A stretch of 64,000 nucleotides of DNA from Podarcis cretensis (GCA_951804945.1 OX638158.1:54498001-54562000); one strand, 5' to 3'; shown: positions 51,101 to 62,680, numbered from the stretch's first letter. Made by a program: numbers and translations. Notes: a model not told the origin generated them from the sequence alone.

Positions 51101-51436
51101 TGTGAGCATTTTAGCTGAACACTTAAAGACAAGTTCCTTGTGGAGATGAGGCTATTGATGCGGTTTATGATTTTTCCTCTTCAAGCACTTTACACAAATT
51201 AATGCTATTTCCTTGAGGATTTGTTGCACATATATACTTTTTCACAATATTTCGCATAAGTACTTTCTGTGGAATTTTCTTGGTGTGTTTAAAGAAAATG
51301 GAAAGTCTTCTGTTTTCAGATTGTATAAGGGAAGATCAAATTATGCTTGAAAGTTAACATTGGGTAAGTTACAAGCAATAACATTTTCAATTAAATGTTC
51401 AAAAATGATTTACCTTGATATTGTATTTACTTGCAG

Positions 51437-51526
51437 GCTTTGCAGGCAGCCAGACAGCTGCTTTTACAGCAACAGACAACTGGGCTGAAATCTCCCAAGA
51501 GCAGTGATAAACAGAGACCATTGCAG
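51437..51526 (+). CDS. FOXP2: FOXP2 internal coding exon (ortholog of human exon 3; 90 nt, phase 0-0)
   Basis: Translates to [30 protein letters not shown], 29/30 identical to the human FOXP2 segment as I recall it ([30 protein letters not shown]). It differs clearly from FOXP1 (ALQVARQ...KSPKRNDKQ) and FOXP4. Canonical acceptor ttgtatttacttgcag| and donor |gttagt, exactly 30 codons. Confidence 0.97.
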
Positions 51527-52990
51527 GTTAGTAAATCATCTTTACATCTGAGACCTAATCGCTGTAGCACTCAAGCACACCTAAATATAGGTATACAGCT
51601 GTACCTTGTTGCATTCTTGCATATTTACATTTTTGCAAATGGCTTTAGCTTTACTATTAGAACTGTAATTTATTAAGAAACGTTACTACGCAAGAAGAAC
51701 CCCTTTTATAGAAGCTTGTAGTGGCTTAAAAGGTCACACAGAGTGAAGCAGAACAATCTCGGGTCCAATAGGCGCTATACAAATAATCTTCCTACAGATA
51801 GCTGGGGAATTTTGTGCACATTCTTCACTCTGAACACTTGGTTGTAAAGTGGCAATTTTTCAGGAATGGAAAGCTTTCAGAACAATTATCTGAATATGCA
51901 AAGAGCAACCCCTCCTGCTATTAGAACGATGTATTTTATCGAACTGGTTGTGTGTTAAGGGCTCCCCCCGCCCTCTCTTCATATTGTGTAAGGATCCAAA
52001 AAGAATGTTTTTATCATGTGCTTCAGCTATTGTTCATAATATTTAATAGAAAAATACATACAGATTATAAATATAAATCTTGTTAATCCGATGAGGATAG
52101 TGGTGGTTTTTTTGTTTCGCTTTTATGGTTGTTTATAAATGACTTAGGTGACTTAGCAAAAGGAGTGGAACCAGGCCCTGCTGTCAAAAGCTAGTTCTGA
52201 CTTGTTTTATGTGAGCCAAATATTTGTTATTTCACTGCTGAAAAATGGAAGGTTCTTAAAGTGTGCATATATTCCTAGGAGTAGTAATAATGTTGTTCTT
52301 CCTCTCACAATACAACCCATGCTTTTCTTTACTTCCCTCATAAGTATAGAGAAAGTTTTCAAGCTGATGCCATTGTATCTAAACAGGCATTTGAGTGAAT
52401 TCAGTGTTTCACTTTCTTTTAAACCAAAGGCTGATTGAAATGTTACAGGCACTGCATGCAGGCTGCCAAAAATGACTTCTAGGTGACCGTGCTTCATGTG
52501 ATATTTGAAATGTTTGAAAGCCACTAACCATGTGGTTAGCCGTAATCACAGGGAGTCTCTTTATGCTGGTGCCATGCTGGTGGTAGTGGGGTGGGGAGCC
52601 TGCGCTGCCAGCAAAATCGTTTTGAGATGCTTAAAGTTGCCACATGGAACGCTGCTGTGTAGAGGTGATTTTTGACAACTTCCATGTGGGACCAAAATGA
52701 GAAGTAGAAAATAGGATATTTACTAGGGATGGCAAATATTTTCTGTGGAAACTAGTAATTGGTGATTGGGGCGGGGGGATTTGAACCCTATCCAAAAGAA
52801 AAAAAGCTTTTAGAGTTGTACAAATACTGACTTTCCCAACCCTGAGAACATTATTTTCCTTTGGTTCCATGCCATTTAACCCCTAGGTTGCTGCATTTGT
52901 CTCCTTGCTGGCTAGTCACGTGTATGATCCCACCCAATCATGTAGTGAGTGGCGATTGTGTCAAAATGTTGCATAGCTAAATTTGGTGTA

Positions 52991-53063
52991 GTAATAATAA
53001 TAATAATAATTTATTACTTGTACCCTGCCCAACTGACTGGGTTGCCCCAGTCACACTGGGCAG
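52991..53063 (-). mobile_element. L2 3' terminal fragment with (TTA)n tail
   Basis: (taa)n-tttatt..gtaccctgcccaactgactgggttgccccagtcacactgggcag is the reverse of the 7220-7290 tail. Confidence 0.8.
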
Positions 53064-53619
53064 TTGATGGTGCCACTGACGGCAAGTGAAGACAACATAA
53101 ATAAATAAGTGGACATTTCCCCAGGGAATTCTGAAATTTTGCTTGGAAAGAAGAGACATATTTGTTACTATTTGAAACTGTGAGTACTTTTCTCTCAGGG
53201 TTGCTGTAATACAGCTCTGTGCTAGACATGCATGGGGACAGGGATTCAGGGCCCTGGATTAGGGCATCCTGTTTGTGCTACATGAAGTAACACCTTACTC
53301 CAGGGAATCCATACACATACGGAAGATCCATTGCTGATTATCTTGGGTCATTCACAGATCACTGTGTTGCTCTATGGACCTCTGAACTCTTATCTGCCGA
53401 AGATGATAGCCTTGCTGTTGTTTCAGGATGAAAGATGTGAGTAAAGAGCCTCTGATTTTCCCAGTGTTGCCTCTGCAATACTACGTAAAATGTAGCATCC
53501 AAAGTAGCCCTTACTTCAGCCTTTCAAATATTACTCCTTGAACAAATAGGATGTTAAAATGAATTCAGAAGTTGTTATCCGAGGATAACAGATGATGTAA
53601 AAAGAGAAAACAAAATCTT

Positions 53620-53970
53620 CATTCGAACTTCATGATAAACCATGGTTTATTTGAGTGGAAATGAGCCACAGTGAGCCCTGGTGTTGTCTGCTTCCCTGCC
53701 TTCCTTCTCTGGCGCAGCAGCAAGGAGGGATTTGAAGAGGTTTCTTTCATTTTTGATTAATCACAGTTTGTAGATGCATTCAGGCCTCACAGACAGTCAT
53801 TGCTGGATGGGTTTGTTTGAAAGAAGCCAACTTCAGATTTTTTCTGCAAACCGTAGTTAAGGTTTGCTATAGTTTAGGATCCAAATGTAACACTAAACTG
53901 CAGTTAAGCAAAATTAGAAGTAAAAGCTTGCTTTCTCCTTACAGCTACTCCAGAGGAGAGGGGAGGTAGA
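53620..53970. mobile_element. decayed palindromic DNA element (aaaccatggttt family); related remnants at ~18700-18970 and ~61045-61400
   Basis: Shared motifs taaaccatggtttat, aaaccgtagttaa, aaactgcagttaagcaaaa..gaag with loosely inverted arms. Confidence 0.45.
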
Positions 53971-56900
53971 CCTTGTCCCTATAATGAGGAATAAAGGAGA
54001 ACATTTACTGACTTCTAATTCTGAGTAAATGCAGTTATACTTTAAAGCTCTGATTTGTCTCTTAAGCTTGGTCTTCTAGTTAAGTAAGTTAAGAAATTAT
54101 CTTAATATATTTATATGCATCTAACATAATTTGAATTGTGACACACGGGGGGGGGGGGGATAGAGAATTTTATAACGAAACCTTGAAATTTATGTCAAGG
54201 GTTGGTGCTGAATATAGCCCACTGAGTCTGTCTCTAGACAACACCACTCTACCATAGCCATAGCCCTCACCAGTCCTGCTCATTGCTATTCTTAAATGTG
54301 TTTGCGTGGCTGGAAAGTACTTGTGAACTGTGATAATGCCTCTTTCTTACCTTCATGGAGTTTGGAGAGATGTATGGGTGTGACCATGTAGAATCTTCTG
54401 ACTTTTGTGTGGCTAGAATGCAATCTGCTGTACAAAGGTAGGCGTCACATCTATTGTTCCCCGCCTCACTATTCTTTATAGTCCCATCCACGCTTACCTC
54501 TGACCCTGCCCACGCCCAACATATGGTTCCCAGATGTTTTCTCATGAGAGTACATGGCCCTCAGGCTAAAAAAAGGTTTGCCTCTCCTGGTTTATATATT
54601 TCTGATATTAACTGCCAATACAAAGCTCAGTGTTGTTCATTGGGTAGTGGAAATTTATATTGAATTTGTGACTCCATGGGTCACAAATAGTGACACTTCC
54701 TTTATTTTTGTTAAGCCATATTTAATGTTGACTTGTTCCAGTGTTTCACTGATGCAATTGTATTTAAAAAAGAACATTTAAAAGCCTGATGTGCTAGGAT
54801 TGGTGCAGTCTTAAGCTGCAATCCTATACTCATTAAACTATAAATGTCATTGAACACAGTAGCTGCATTTGCACAATCAAATCCAGACCACTCAGCCCCT
54901 TTGCTCTGGCTTTGCCAGAAGCTGTTAACCATGATAGAGCCTGCTGGGGAGGGTTCCTGATTGTATTGATATTCCTGGTTCACATGTAACAAGAAACTGG
55001 TTTGCTGTGCTTCCTGGTTTGTTCCCTGCTCACACAAAGGGGTGAATGAAGTAGGAGTGAAGGGGATGTATGCAAACACACTAAATTTGTGAATAATTTG
55101 GCTCATTAAGCGAGGATTTAATAGTGCAAACTGGGTTTGTGGGACTTAGGGTTACCAAAAGACAGGTACAGAAGGTACTGCTCTACCAGACCCACAGCTT
55201 GCAAGGCCCCCAGACTGATCTTTCATTTTTTTAAAAATCAATTCTTTAGCCCTTCTAAAAAGTTATGAAGCAAAATGTGCAGATACCCTTCTAAGTGATT
55301 TCTGTATGATGACCAAGCCTGTCTATTGTCACCATTCAGTATTTTTAGCCAGTGAGTGAAATCAGAGCTGTGTTTTGGGGAAACCAGGCATTAGGAATAC
55401 TTGTTTTTCCTATAAACCAGGATGCCTCATTCCTGTGGTGCTTTCATCTGAGATCAGGTACTCCCTATAAATTATTTTTTGCTAATTCTACCACATGCAA
55501 GTGGATGTTAATGAATCCCCCATTCTGTTCCCAATGACAGTGCAAAACTCATTCCTAGTTCAGTGGGTACAGAAGTGCAGCCTTGGTTTTGGTTTAGGGT
55601 TGGCATTGAGGGAAGCAGGCTTCTTGTGCTTTTAAGAAGTGTGTGACAGGCAGAAATCCAATAGGTAAAGGTTTTTCTACTATGGAAATACAATTATAGG
55701 AAAAGCTTTACCCGTCCACATTCTGTTACACGTTTTATGATGCTTGCAACCACTGATTTATTTTGAGGGCCTCAACTCCACCTGCAAAAAAGGACATACA
55801 TTTACCTACAACACAAAGCATATACACATTTTATATAAATCTATGTCCTCTACTACAGCCGGACTGGAGAGCCCAATTCACATACAGAGTGAACTGGGCC
55901 CAGAAAATCCTGTAAGCACCCCTTCTTACAATCTAATTTTTTTACTAGGGTGTAATCCCTGTTGAACACAGTGGAATTTACTTCTGAGTAAATATGCATA
56001 TAGATTCCAGTGTTAAGAGTTTTAATCCAGAAGTAATCCTCAATGAACTCAGCAGAAGATTCTCAGAAGTAAGCGGGTTTAGGATCAGATTGAAGTAAAT
56101 GAAGAGGACCAGCATACCCCATCAGCATCTTAAAGGGTTTCATATTAATGTGTTTCTAATTTCCTCTGTTTTGGCACAACTGACTGATCTGGCAAATGGA
56201 GACAGGTTGGAACTGCATTATAAGTCTAATAAAAATACCTAATAAAACTTTATACCTGGCTCACACATCAGCAAGCAAACGGAGAGCATTAGGTAATGTT
56301 TGCCATCACATCTCCTGTGTATACCATGTTTTTATTTAAAGGCAAAGCTGATTTATATAATGTGGTATTTATTTAAATGAAAGTTCTATACAATGCATGT
56401 ATTTTTATTATTTTCTAGCAGATAATGGGCTTGGTTTTGTTGGCAAATCCGTCAGCTGAAAATTACTGCAAACAATGTAAACCTACACAATGGCAGTTGT
56501 AGAAGGGCCCTTTTCCTGTGTTTTTTTGTGGGGGGTGGGGGTTAAATCATGTGCATCAAACAACTCTATCAAATATTTCTAGAAAAGTTCAGACTTCCTT
56601 CCAAAGCAGTATGTTGGTACTTCTCTTGGAAATTTATTTCACTGTGGTCACTTGTACTGCACGTTCATTAAAAGCGGTTAAACTATTGAGCCTTTAATTT
56701 TAAAAAATCATCTTTTACTGGACCACAGATAAATGCTTTGGAGGAATGAATCATAGTTCCCATTAGGACATTGCTATGTTGATAGCAAACTAACAGTGAT
56801 AGATGGACTGGCTGCTGAGTGTTAAGGCTTTATTGAATAAAAATGTGTTAGCCGAAGCAGGGCTTGTGCCTTGAACACCCTGAATTTGACCATGAACTTA

Positions 56901-57784
56901 AGTTCTATATGTGTACCGACCATAGACTCACTGTCATCAAAGGTTTATCTCTCAGCCTCTTCTCCCATTAAACAGAAAAAGTGGATTTTAAACTCTCCTG
57001 AATTTTGGTGCCACAACCTCAAAAGTAAACTCAAGGTAAAAACTACATGCACCGTGGAAATAGTTTTCCTTAAGCATCTTTGATACCAAAGCTACCAAAA
57101 AAGAAAAATACATGTAATATACAATATAAAGTATATAACTCTCTGAGTTTTTAAGGAGCTTAATGCACATTACCTCAGTAATCCTAATAACTCTTTTTAA
57201 TGTAGGTCAGTATTATTTAAATTTGGCAGACTTAGAAACACAACTTCAGCTGACCTTTGGGATAGCTATGAAAAGGGGACAATATAATAATAATAAGTGA
57301 ATGTTCATATGGCACTTTCACACAATAGAGAGCTGAATTTCTGCTCACGTGCTTTTGGTTCTAGACTTTGAGATGTGTTTATGGAGCTTGCCCTCAAAAT
57401 CTGGCTGTTGGGCTAATGTAGCCTCTTAGACAATGATAGAAAGGACCATGGTTCAGTGACACATCACATGCCATGCATCATGCCCCAGGTGCAGTCCTGG
57501 GCATCTCCAGAGGTGTGCGCGAAAGACTGTCTGACACTCGGAAGCATCACTGCCACACTGTTTAGCCAGCAGTGGGAAATCTCTAGCCTAATTAGATCTG
57601 CCAAACTTCCCCATTTGCCCTTTGAAGCCATTTTAAGCAAACCACTCCCACCTGGCCAACATTTGCCAAAATATTTATCATCAGCTGTAGAGCAGATGGT
57701 GTATTTCTTTTTTATTACTATTTTTTTGTTGACACATTTTGTTATTTGATGATAACTTTTTGTGAGGCAGTGGCTAGAACTGTA

Positions 57785-58026
57785 CAGTGGTACCTCAGGT
57801 TACATACGCTTCAGGTTACATACGCTTCAGTTTACAGACTCCGCTAACCCAGAAATAGTGCTTCAGGTTAAGAACTTTGCTTCAGGATGAGAACAGAAGT
57901 CGTGCTCCTGCGGCGCGGCGGCAGCAGGAGGCCCCATTAGCTAAAGTGGTGCTTCAGGTTAAGAACAGTTTCATGTTAAGAACGGACCTCCGGAACGAAT
58001 TAAGTTCGTAACCCGAGGTACCACTG
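57785..58026 (-). mobile_element. Tc1/mariner (Tigger/pogo-like) MITE, copy 3 (inverted relative to copies 1 and 2)
   Basis: TA|cagtggtacctcaggttac ... gtaacccgaggtaccactg|TA. The reverse complement is nearly identical to 27068-27325. Confidence 0.93.
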
Positions 58027-58304
58027 TATGCAATATTCCACATGTGACCACACCACAGATTTATGTAACATAATGTCAGTTTTGGTTGTTTTAATTTCAA
58101 CAACTGCCCTCATTCAGCATGCCTTTTACATCCCTGCTGCTCACTGAGTTTAGGATTTTGTTTAACCCCAAGACTTCTTTCTAGGTTAGTACATCCAGTT
58201 TATATACTTATCCATGTATTTGTATACTCAGGACTTTTTGCCCCAAAGTGTATCCCTTTCTCTTTACTTACATTGAACCTAATTGGCCGTTTCGTTACCT
58301 ACTT

Positions 58305-58437
58305 GTTGTTGTTGTTGTTTAGTTGTTTAGTCGTGTCCGACTCTTTGTGACCCCATGGACCAGAGCACGCCAGGCACTCCTGTCTTCTACTGCCTTCCAC
58401 AGTTTGGTCAGGCTCATGTTTGTAGCTTCGAGAACAT
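58305..58437 (-). mobile_element. RTE/BovB-type 3' end (heavily 5'-truncated LINE or BovB-tailed SINE)
   Basis: Reverse strand ..tggtccatggggtcacaaagagtcggacacgactaaac(aac)n. TSD cgttacctactt/cattacctactt (58293-58304, 58438-58449). Confidence 0.88.
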
Positions 58438-58689
58438 CATTACCTACTTACTCTGAGGAAATCATTTTTGGAGCTTTTTGCAGTCCATTTTGGGTTTTTC
58501 TATTTCGAATGATTTGGTGTGTCATCCACCACAAACTTGCCACCTCATTAATCACCCGAGACTCCAGTATGCTCACCACTTAACAATTTCCAGATCCATC
58601 CAAATTCCCGTTGCCATACTTTATGACAACTAGTGAGTTACAGAAATATTCCTTTATTATTTGATTGGTTAATTAACTGATTGCTAACG

Positions 58690-59818
58690 TATGGGGTTCT
58701 GTGAGGTTCCATTTTGTCCCCACACTGTTTAATAAATACATGAAACTGCTGGCTGAACTCACCCAGAGAATTGGAGTTCAGAGCCATCACTGTGCTAATG
58801 ACACCAAACTCTGTTTTGAATTGTCCTCTTATCTTAGGGAAGAAGTAGAAAGGCTGAACTGCTATTTGGTGGGTATGAAGGATTGGTTGGGTAGGGCAAG
58901 CTAAAATTTAATTCAGACAAATCAGAAGTAATGTTGATGGGTGGACTGTGTGACTCAGGTTTGGGTTTACAACCTGTTCTGGATGGGGTTGAAAAGATCA
59001 GGTTTGTAGCTTGGCTTTACTCCTTGAGTCCGTTTAACTGTAGGTGCTGGAGAGGCCAGACAAACATTTCTAGGGAGGGAATTCAGGAAAATCTGAATTC
59101 TAAATCTCACAGGAAGCTCACAAAAAATAATAATCAGAAAACAGGCCCCACTGTTGTTATCTCCCCCATCCACCCCAAAACTTATGGAGGCAATGGGAAT
59201 GGTGAGCTGACCTGGTGCACTTATCTCTGATAATATCCCTCATCATGTGAGGAATGTAACACATAAGACTATTGTGACAGAGGACTATATAAGACTGCCC
59301 TATAGGTAAATTTAGAAAATTGTAACTAGTGTGAAAAGTTTCAATTGGGATGCTGACTTGTGTTAGCCACTTCAAATTTTATCACACCAGTGTGTGATCG
59401 GCACTGGCTGCCAGTTTGCTTCTGAGCTCAATTGAAGATATTGATTGGTGTTGACCTTTAAAGACCTTAAAAGCTCGGGACCTGTGACCATCAACTTCCA
59501 TATGAGCCTTCCTGCACACTTGGATCATATTCTGATACTCCTGCTCTAGGTCTCTTGACACTGTGAAGCGGAGAATAAAGTAGGGCCTTTTCTGCAGTGG
59601 CACCCACACTGTGGAATGTCTTTTCAAGCAAGTTGCATCAGACCTCTCACTACGTTATTTTAAATGGCTGGTGGCAACATGCTTCTTTTAAAAGGCCTTC
59701 TTTCTGGTACAGTATTTTGTTTAATTCTGATGGCTTTTTTGTAATGTTTACTGTGGTCTTGTTTATCAAGCTATGGTTTTGATGTATAATTTGGTTGAAT
59801 TGTTTCCATGACTACTTC

Positions 59819-59856
<38 letters not shown>

Positions 59857-59900
59857 ACCACTTCGGCTTTTCATTTGAAAAACAGGCAAGATATAAGTTT
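58690..59900 (+). mobile_element. L2 LINE, fragmented (RT domain ~58690-59000; 3' end ~59380-59910)
   Basis: PTLFNKYMKLLAEL...HHCANDTKL is the decayed RT motif P.LFNIYMKPL.E...HQYADDTQL. Later HWLP...LVLTFK.L, RAFSAVAPTLWN and a 3' tail. Confidence 0.85.
59819..59856. repeat. (GTT)n microsatellite
   Basis: Direct inspection. Confidence 0.97.
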
Positions 59901-59967
59901 GTAAAATAAATATTAGGACCAGCATATTTCCCCCCTCTATTGTTGGTACTTAAACATTCTGTATTAG

Positions 59968-60546
59968 CGTAGCTGTCAAGTGTCCCTTATTTGAAGGGAG
60001 AGTCCCTTATTCCAGCGCCATGTCCCGCTGCTGTCCCTTATTGATGGATGTCCCTTAAATGTCCCTTAAATGATGTCCCTTAAATTTCAAAGGAAGCAGC
60101 TCCTCTCCCTCCCTGTCGGCCAGGGAGGAGGGAGGCTCCAACTGTGTTGCTTGGCTGTGTTGCTCACCCAATAAGAAGTCTAAGAATGACTGGGGGGTGG
60201 AGCTTGCATGCCTTGTGCGTGGCTAGTTTATGCAAGCTGAGGGGGGTTTTGAATTCTGGACGCCATTTTGTTGCATGTGCTGCTGCAAACTTTGCAGTGC
60301 AAAGCCAGGCCGGAGAGCCATCTTAAGTTGAGGCTGCATAGGCCTTGTGGTGCATGTGATTCAGATTCTATTCAGTTGAACCTCTGGTTACAAAGTTGGT
60401 TGGACAGTGTTCTCGAAGCTACCAGCATGAGTTTGACCAGACTGCAGGAGGACAGGAAGACTGGAGTGCCTGGAACAGGTGAGGCTGCAGGTCCCTTATT
60501 TTGGCTGCTGTTCGCTTATTTTCAAATCTGTAAGTTGACAGCTATG
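59968..60546. mobile_element. non-autonomous hAT element with perfect 8-bp TSD, containing an RTE fragment
   Basis: TSD tgtattag on both sides (59960-59967, 60547-60554). TIR cgtagctgtcaa ... ttgacagctatg. Repeated subterminal (t)gtccctta motifs. Confidence 0.9.
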
Positions 60547-61679
60547 TGTATTAGAAGTCATGTGTCAGGAAATCACGACTCCTGAAAGCAAAGGGTTAAG
60601 CTCTATGTGTACCAAGCGTGTTGTATAAATATCAAGCTGAATGGAATAGCGGGTGGCTAAGGTAAGCTTTGTTTGTTTAGCATGAACACTTAATTGAAGT
60701 AATCATTTTATATAAGTTGGTGTGAGGAAAGTTAAATGTACCTATAGGTTTAATTACTTGGTGTTTATTTTATTAGCCTGTAGGGACAAGAAAATAAGTG
60801 GAAAATATATATATTCACACCCATTCTCTTGCAAAGATTCACAGCTAAGTTAGTAAATAAAATTTAAGGACAAAAAGAGATTACAATCCCAGTTCTTGAT
60901 TCTTTATTTTACTCCAAAACTTTAGAAAGACAAATCCACCAAATAAATATAATCGTAAGAAAAAAAATGTTTGTTATTTTGAGGAGCATTTAAGCAAGAG
61001 GTCTGTGTTGGCAGCTAAATTTATGAAAAGTTTACCATAGCACACACTGGCCTCATTTCGGCGTAACACTGAACCATGGAGTAGCAGTATGGCACAAGGC
61101 TGGCTGGCTCTTGGGATCATTTGCTCCCTGTTTTAAACCAACTATGGGCTTTTGTTATGTCTCTGAACAGACAGTGATTAGTTTTTAGATGTGGCTTGTC
61201 TGAAGGAGATGGCTTCAAATGGCAGTTCACAATCCTGGCTTGTTCAGATAAACCATAGCGAAAAATAAGTGTGATTAGTTGAAAATGGAAGCAAATCCTT
61301 CCATTCTCTTCCTTACAGCCACATCTAGAAGAGAAGATGGGAGAGCAAATGCTAGAGCCCATGGCTCACTCAGGCTAGTTTCCATAGTGCTAAACTTCCA
61401 TGCACACACAGACCTAGCAGTTAAGCTCATGACCTTTTTCTAAACCAAAACACCACAGGGGTGGTTTTTTAGGGGCGGGGGAGAGGGGAGAAATGGAAGA
61501 AGGAAAGAAAAAAGACGGGAGAGAAAGAGTGTGGCAAAAATGAGTGGGCCACCTCTATTTCCGACCCCACCGGCTTTTGGCTTACTAGTGTTGTAGACAC
61601 AACCAGCTGCAATTTCCATAGTGGCTGCAGCACACTGTGGAACAGCTGCACTGTGGAGGTGGTATCCGTTCATGTAAAC

Positions 61680-61815
61680 CAGGCATAGGCAAACTTGGCC
61701 CTCCAGGTGTTTTTGGGACTACAGTTCCCATCATCTCTGACCACTGGTCCTGTTAGCTAGGGATGATGGGAGTTGTAGTCCCAAAACATCTGGAGGCCAA
61801 GTTTGCCTAGGCCTG
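61680..61815. mobile_element. young palindromic hAT MITE
   Basis: Perfect TSD atgtaaac. Near-perfect arms caggcataggcaaacttggccctccaggtgtttttgggactaca / tgtagtcccaaaacatctggaggccaagtttgcctaggcctg. Confidence 0.93.
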
Positions 61816-62079
61816 ATGTAAACAATGCCTTTATACAAGACCTCAGCCATGTGTGCAGGAGCAGCCCAATATATTTCCTTGGTCATTGTAGACAAGCTAC
61901 TATGACCCTTGAACAGACCCATGGTTTGCTTAAACTAAATATGGAATGATTCCCCCCCCCCCATGCTGTACATGGCAAGGTGTTATATTTTTGAAGGGTA
62001 AGCCTGTTTGGACAGATTCAATTTTCTGTGTTCTAGTAATGTCTAGGTTAGTTTACTGCAATGTGTTGTAGTAACGGCT

Positions 62080-62680
62080 GACCGTTTGGAAACTACAGCT
62101 AGTGCAGAATTCTGAAGCCATATTACTGGGATCAAAAGGTCTGAACATACTGCAATAAATCTGGCCTGACTGCACCAGCTACCCAAAAGTTTCCAGGCTC
62201 AGTTCAGAGGGCTGGCTTTGGCCTATAAGGCCTTATGCCTCTCAAGACCCCAAACCTCAAGGATCACCTCTTCTCACTTGAATCAGCTTGGACCCTGCAG
62301 TCTTTCTTCATGTACCTCATCCAAGGGAAGTACAGAGGGTGGCTGCATAAGAGCAGGCTGTTTAATTGGAGGCTCTTTGTCTGTTCTGTTCTTTCTGCAG
62401 GTAAACACAGGTGGTTCCATTGTTGTCAAATTTTAGGCATTAGGCTAAAAGATTTTTATTTACGTAGGCTTTTGGTGATTCCGGGAGTCTCTACTGTAGT
62501 GCTAGTCTTTTAATGGGGTGGGGTAGGACTTATTGTGTGGCCTGATTAGCATTTTTAGGAATTTTGTACGTCATTTTAAATTTGACTTTAAATTGTTTTG
62601 TATGTTGGCATTTTTTGTTGTTGGGTCACTTTGAGACTATTTTTTTGTAGTGGCAGCTAACTAGTCAAGTAATAATAAAT
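62080..62680 (+). mobile_element. decayed L2 3' fragment
   Basis: LQLVQNS.A.LL.G (ctacagctagtgcagaat), LAYKAL, LKDHL motifs and an aataataaataaa tail. Confidence 0.65.

Larger units (their letters stand above)
1..51436 (+). other. FOXP2: FOXP2 intron upstream of the exon-3 ortholog (5' end lies outside the window)
   Basis: The preceding coding exon (MMQESATETISNSS...) was not found in the window. The sequence is AT-rich and TE-interspersed, consistent with the very long FOXP2 introns. Confidence 0.85.
57760..58620 (-). mobile_element. old CR1 ORF2 fragment hosting two younger nested insertions
   Basis: gaggcagtggctagaactg|..|tgcaatattcccacatgtgaccacacc is the CR1 motif split by the MITE. 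Downstream ttttgccccaaagtg..acttacattgaacc and tccaccacaaacttgcc (reverse of the KFADD-like region). Confidence 0.7.

Noticed and set aside
22147-51149. ORFs containing long X runs
   Set aside because: These are artefacts of translating through N gaps.
51431-51676. The 81-aa ORF as a complete gene, or assignment to FOXP1/FOXP4
   Set aside because: Only 51437-51526 is bounded by splice sites and homologous. The residues ALQAARQ and [10 protein letters not shown] are diagnostic for FOXP2.
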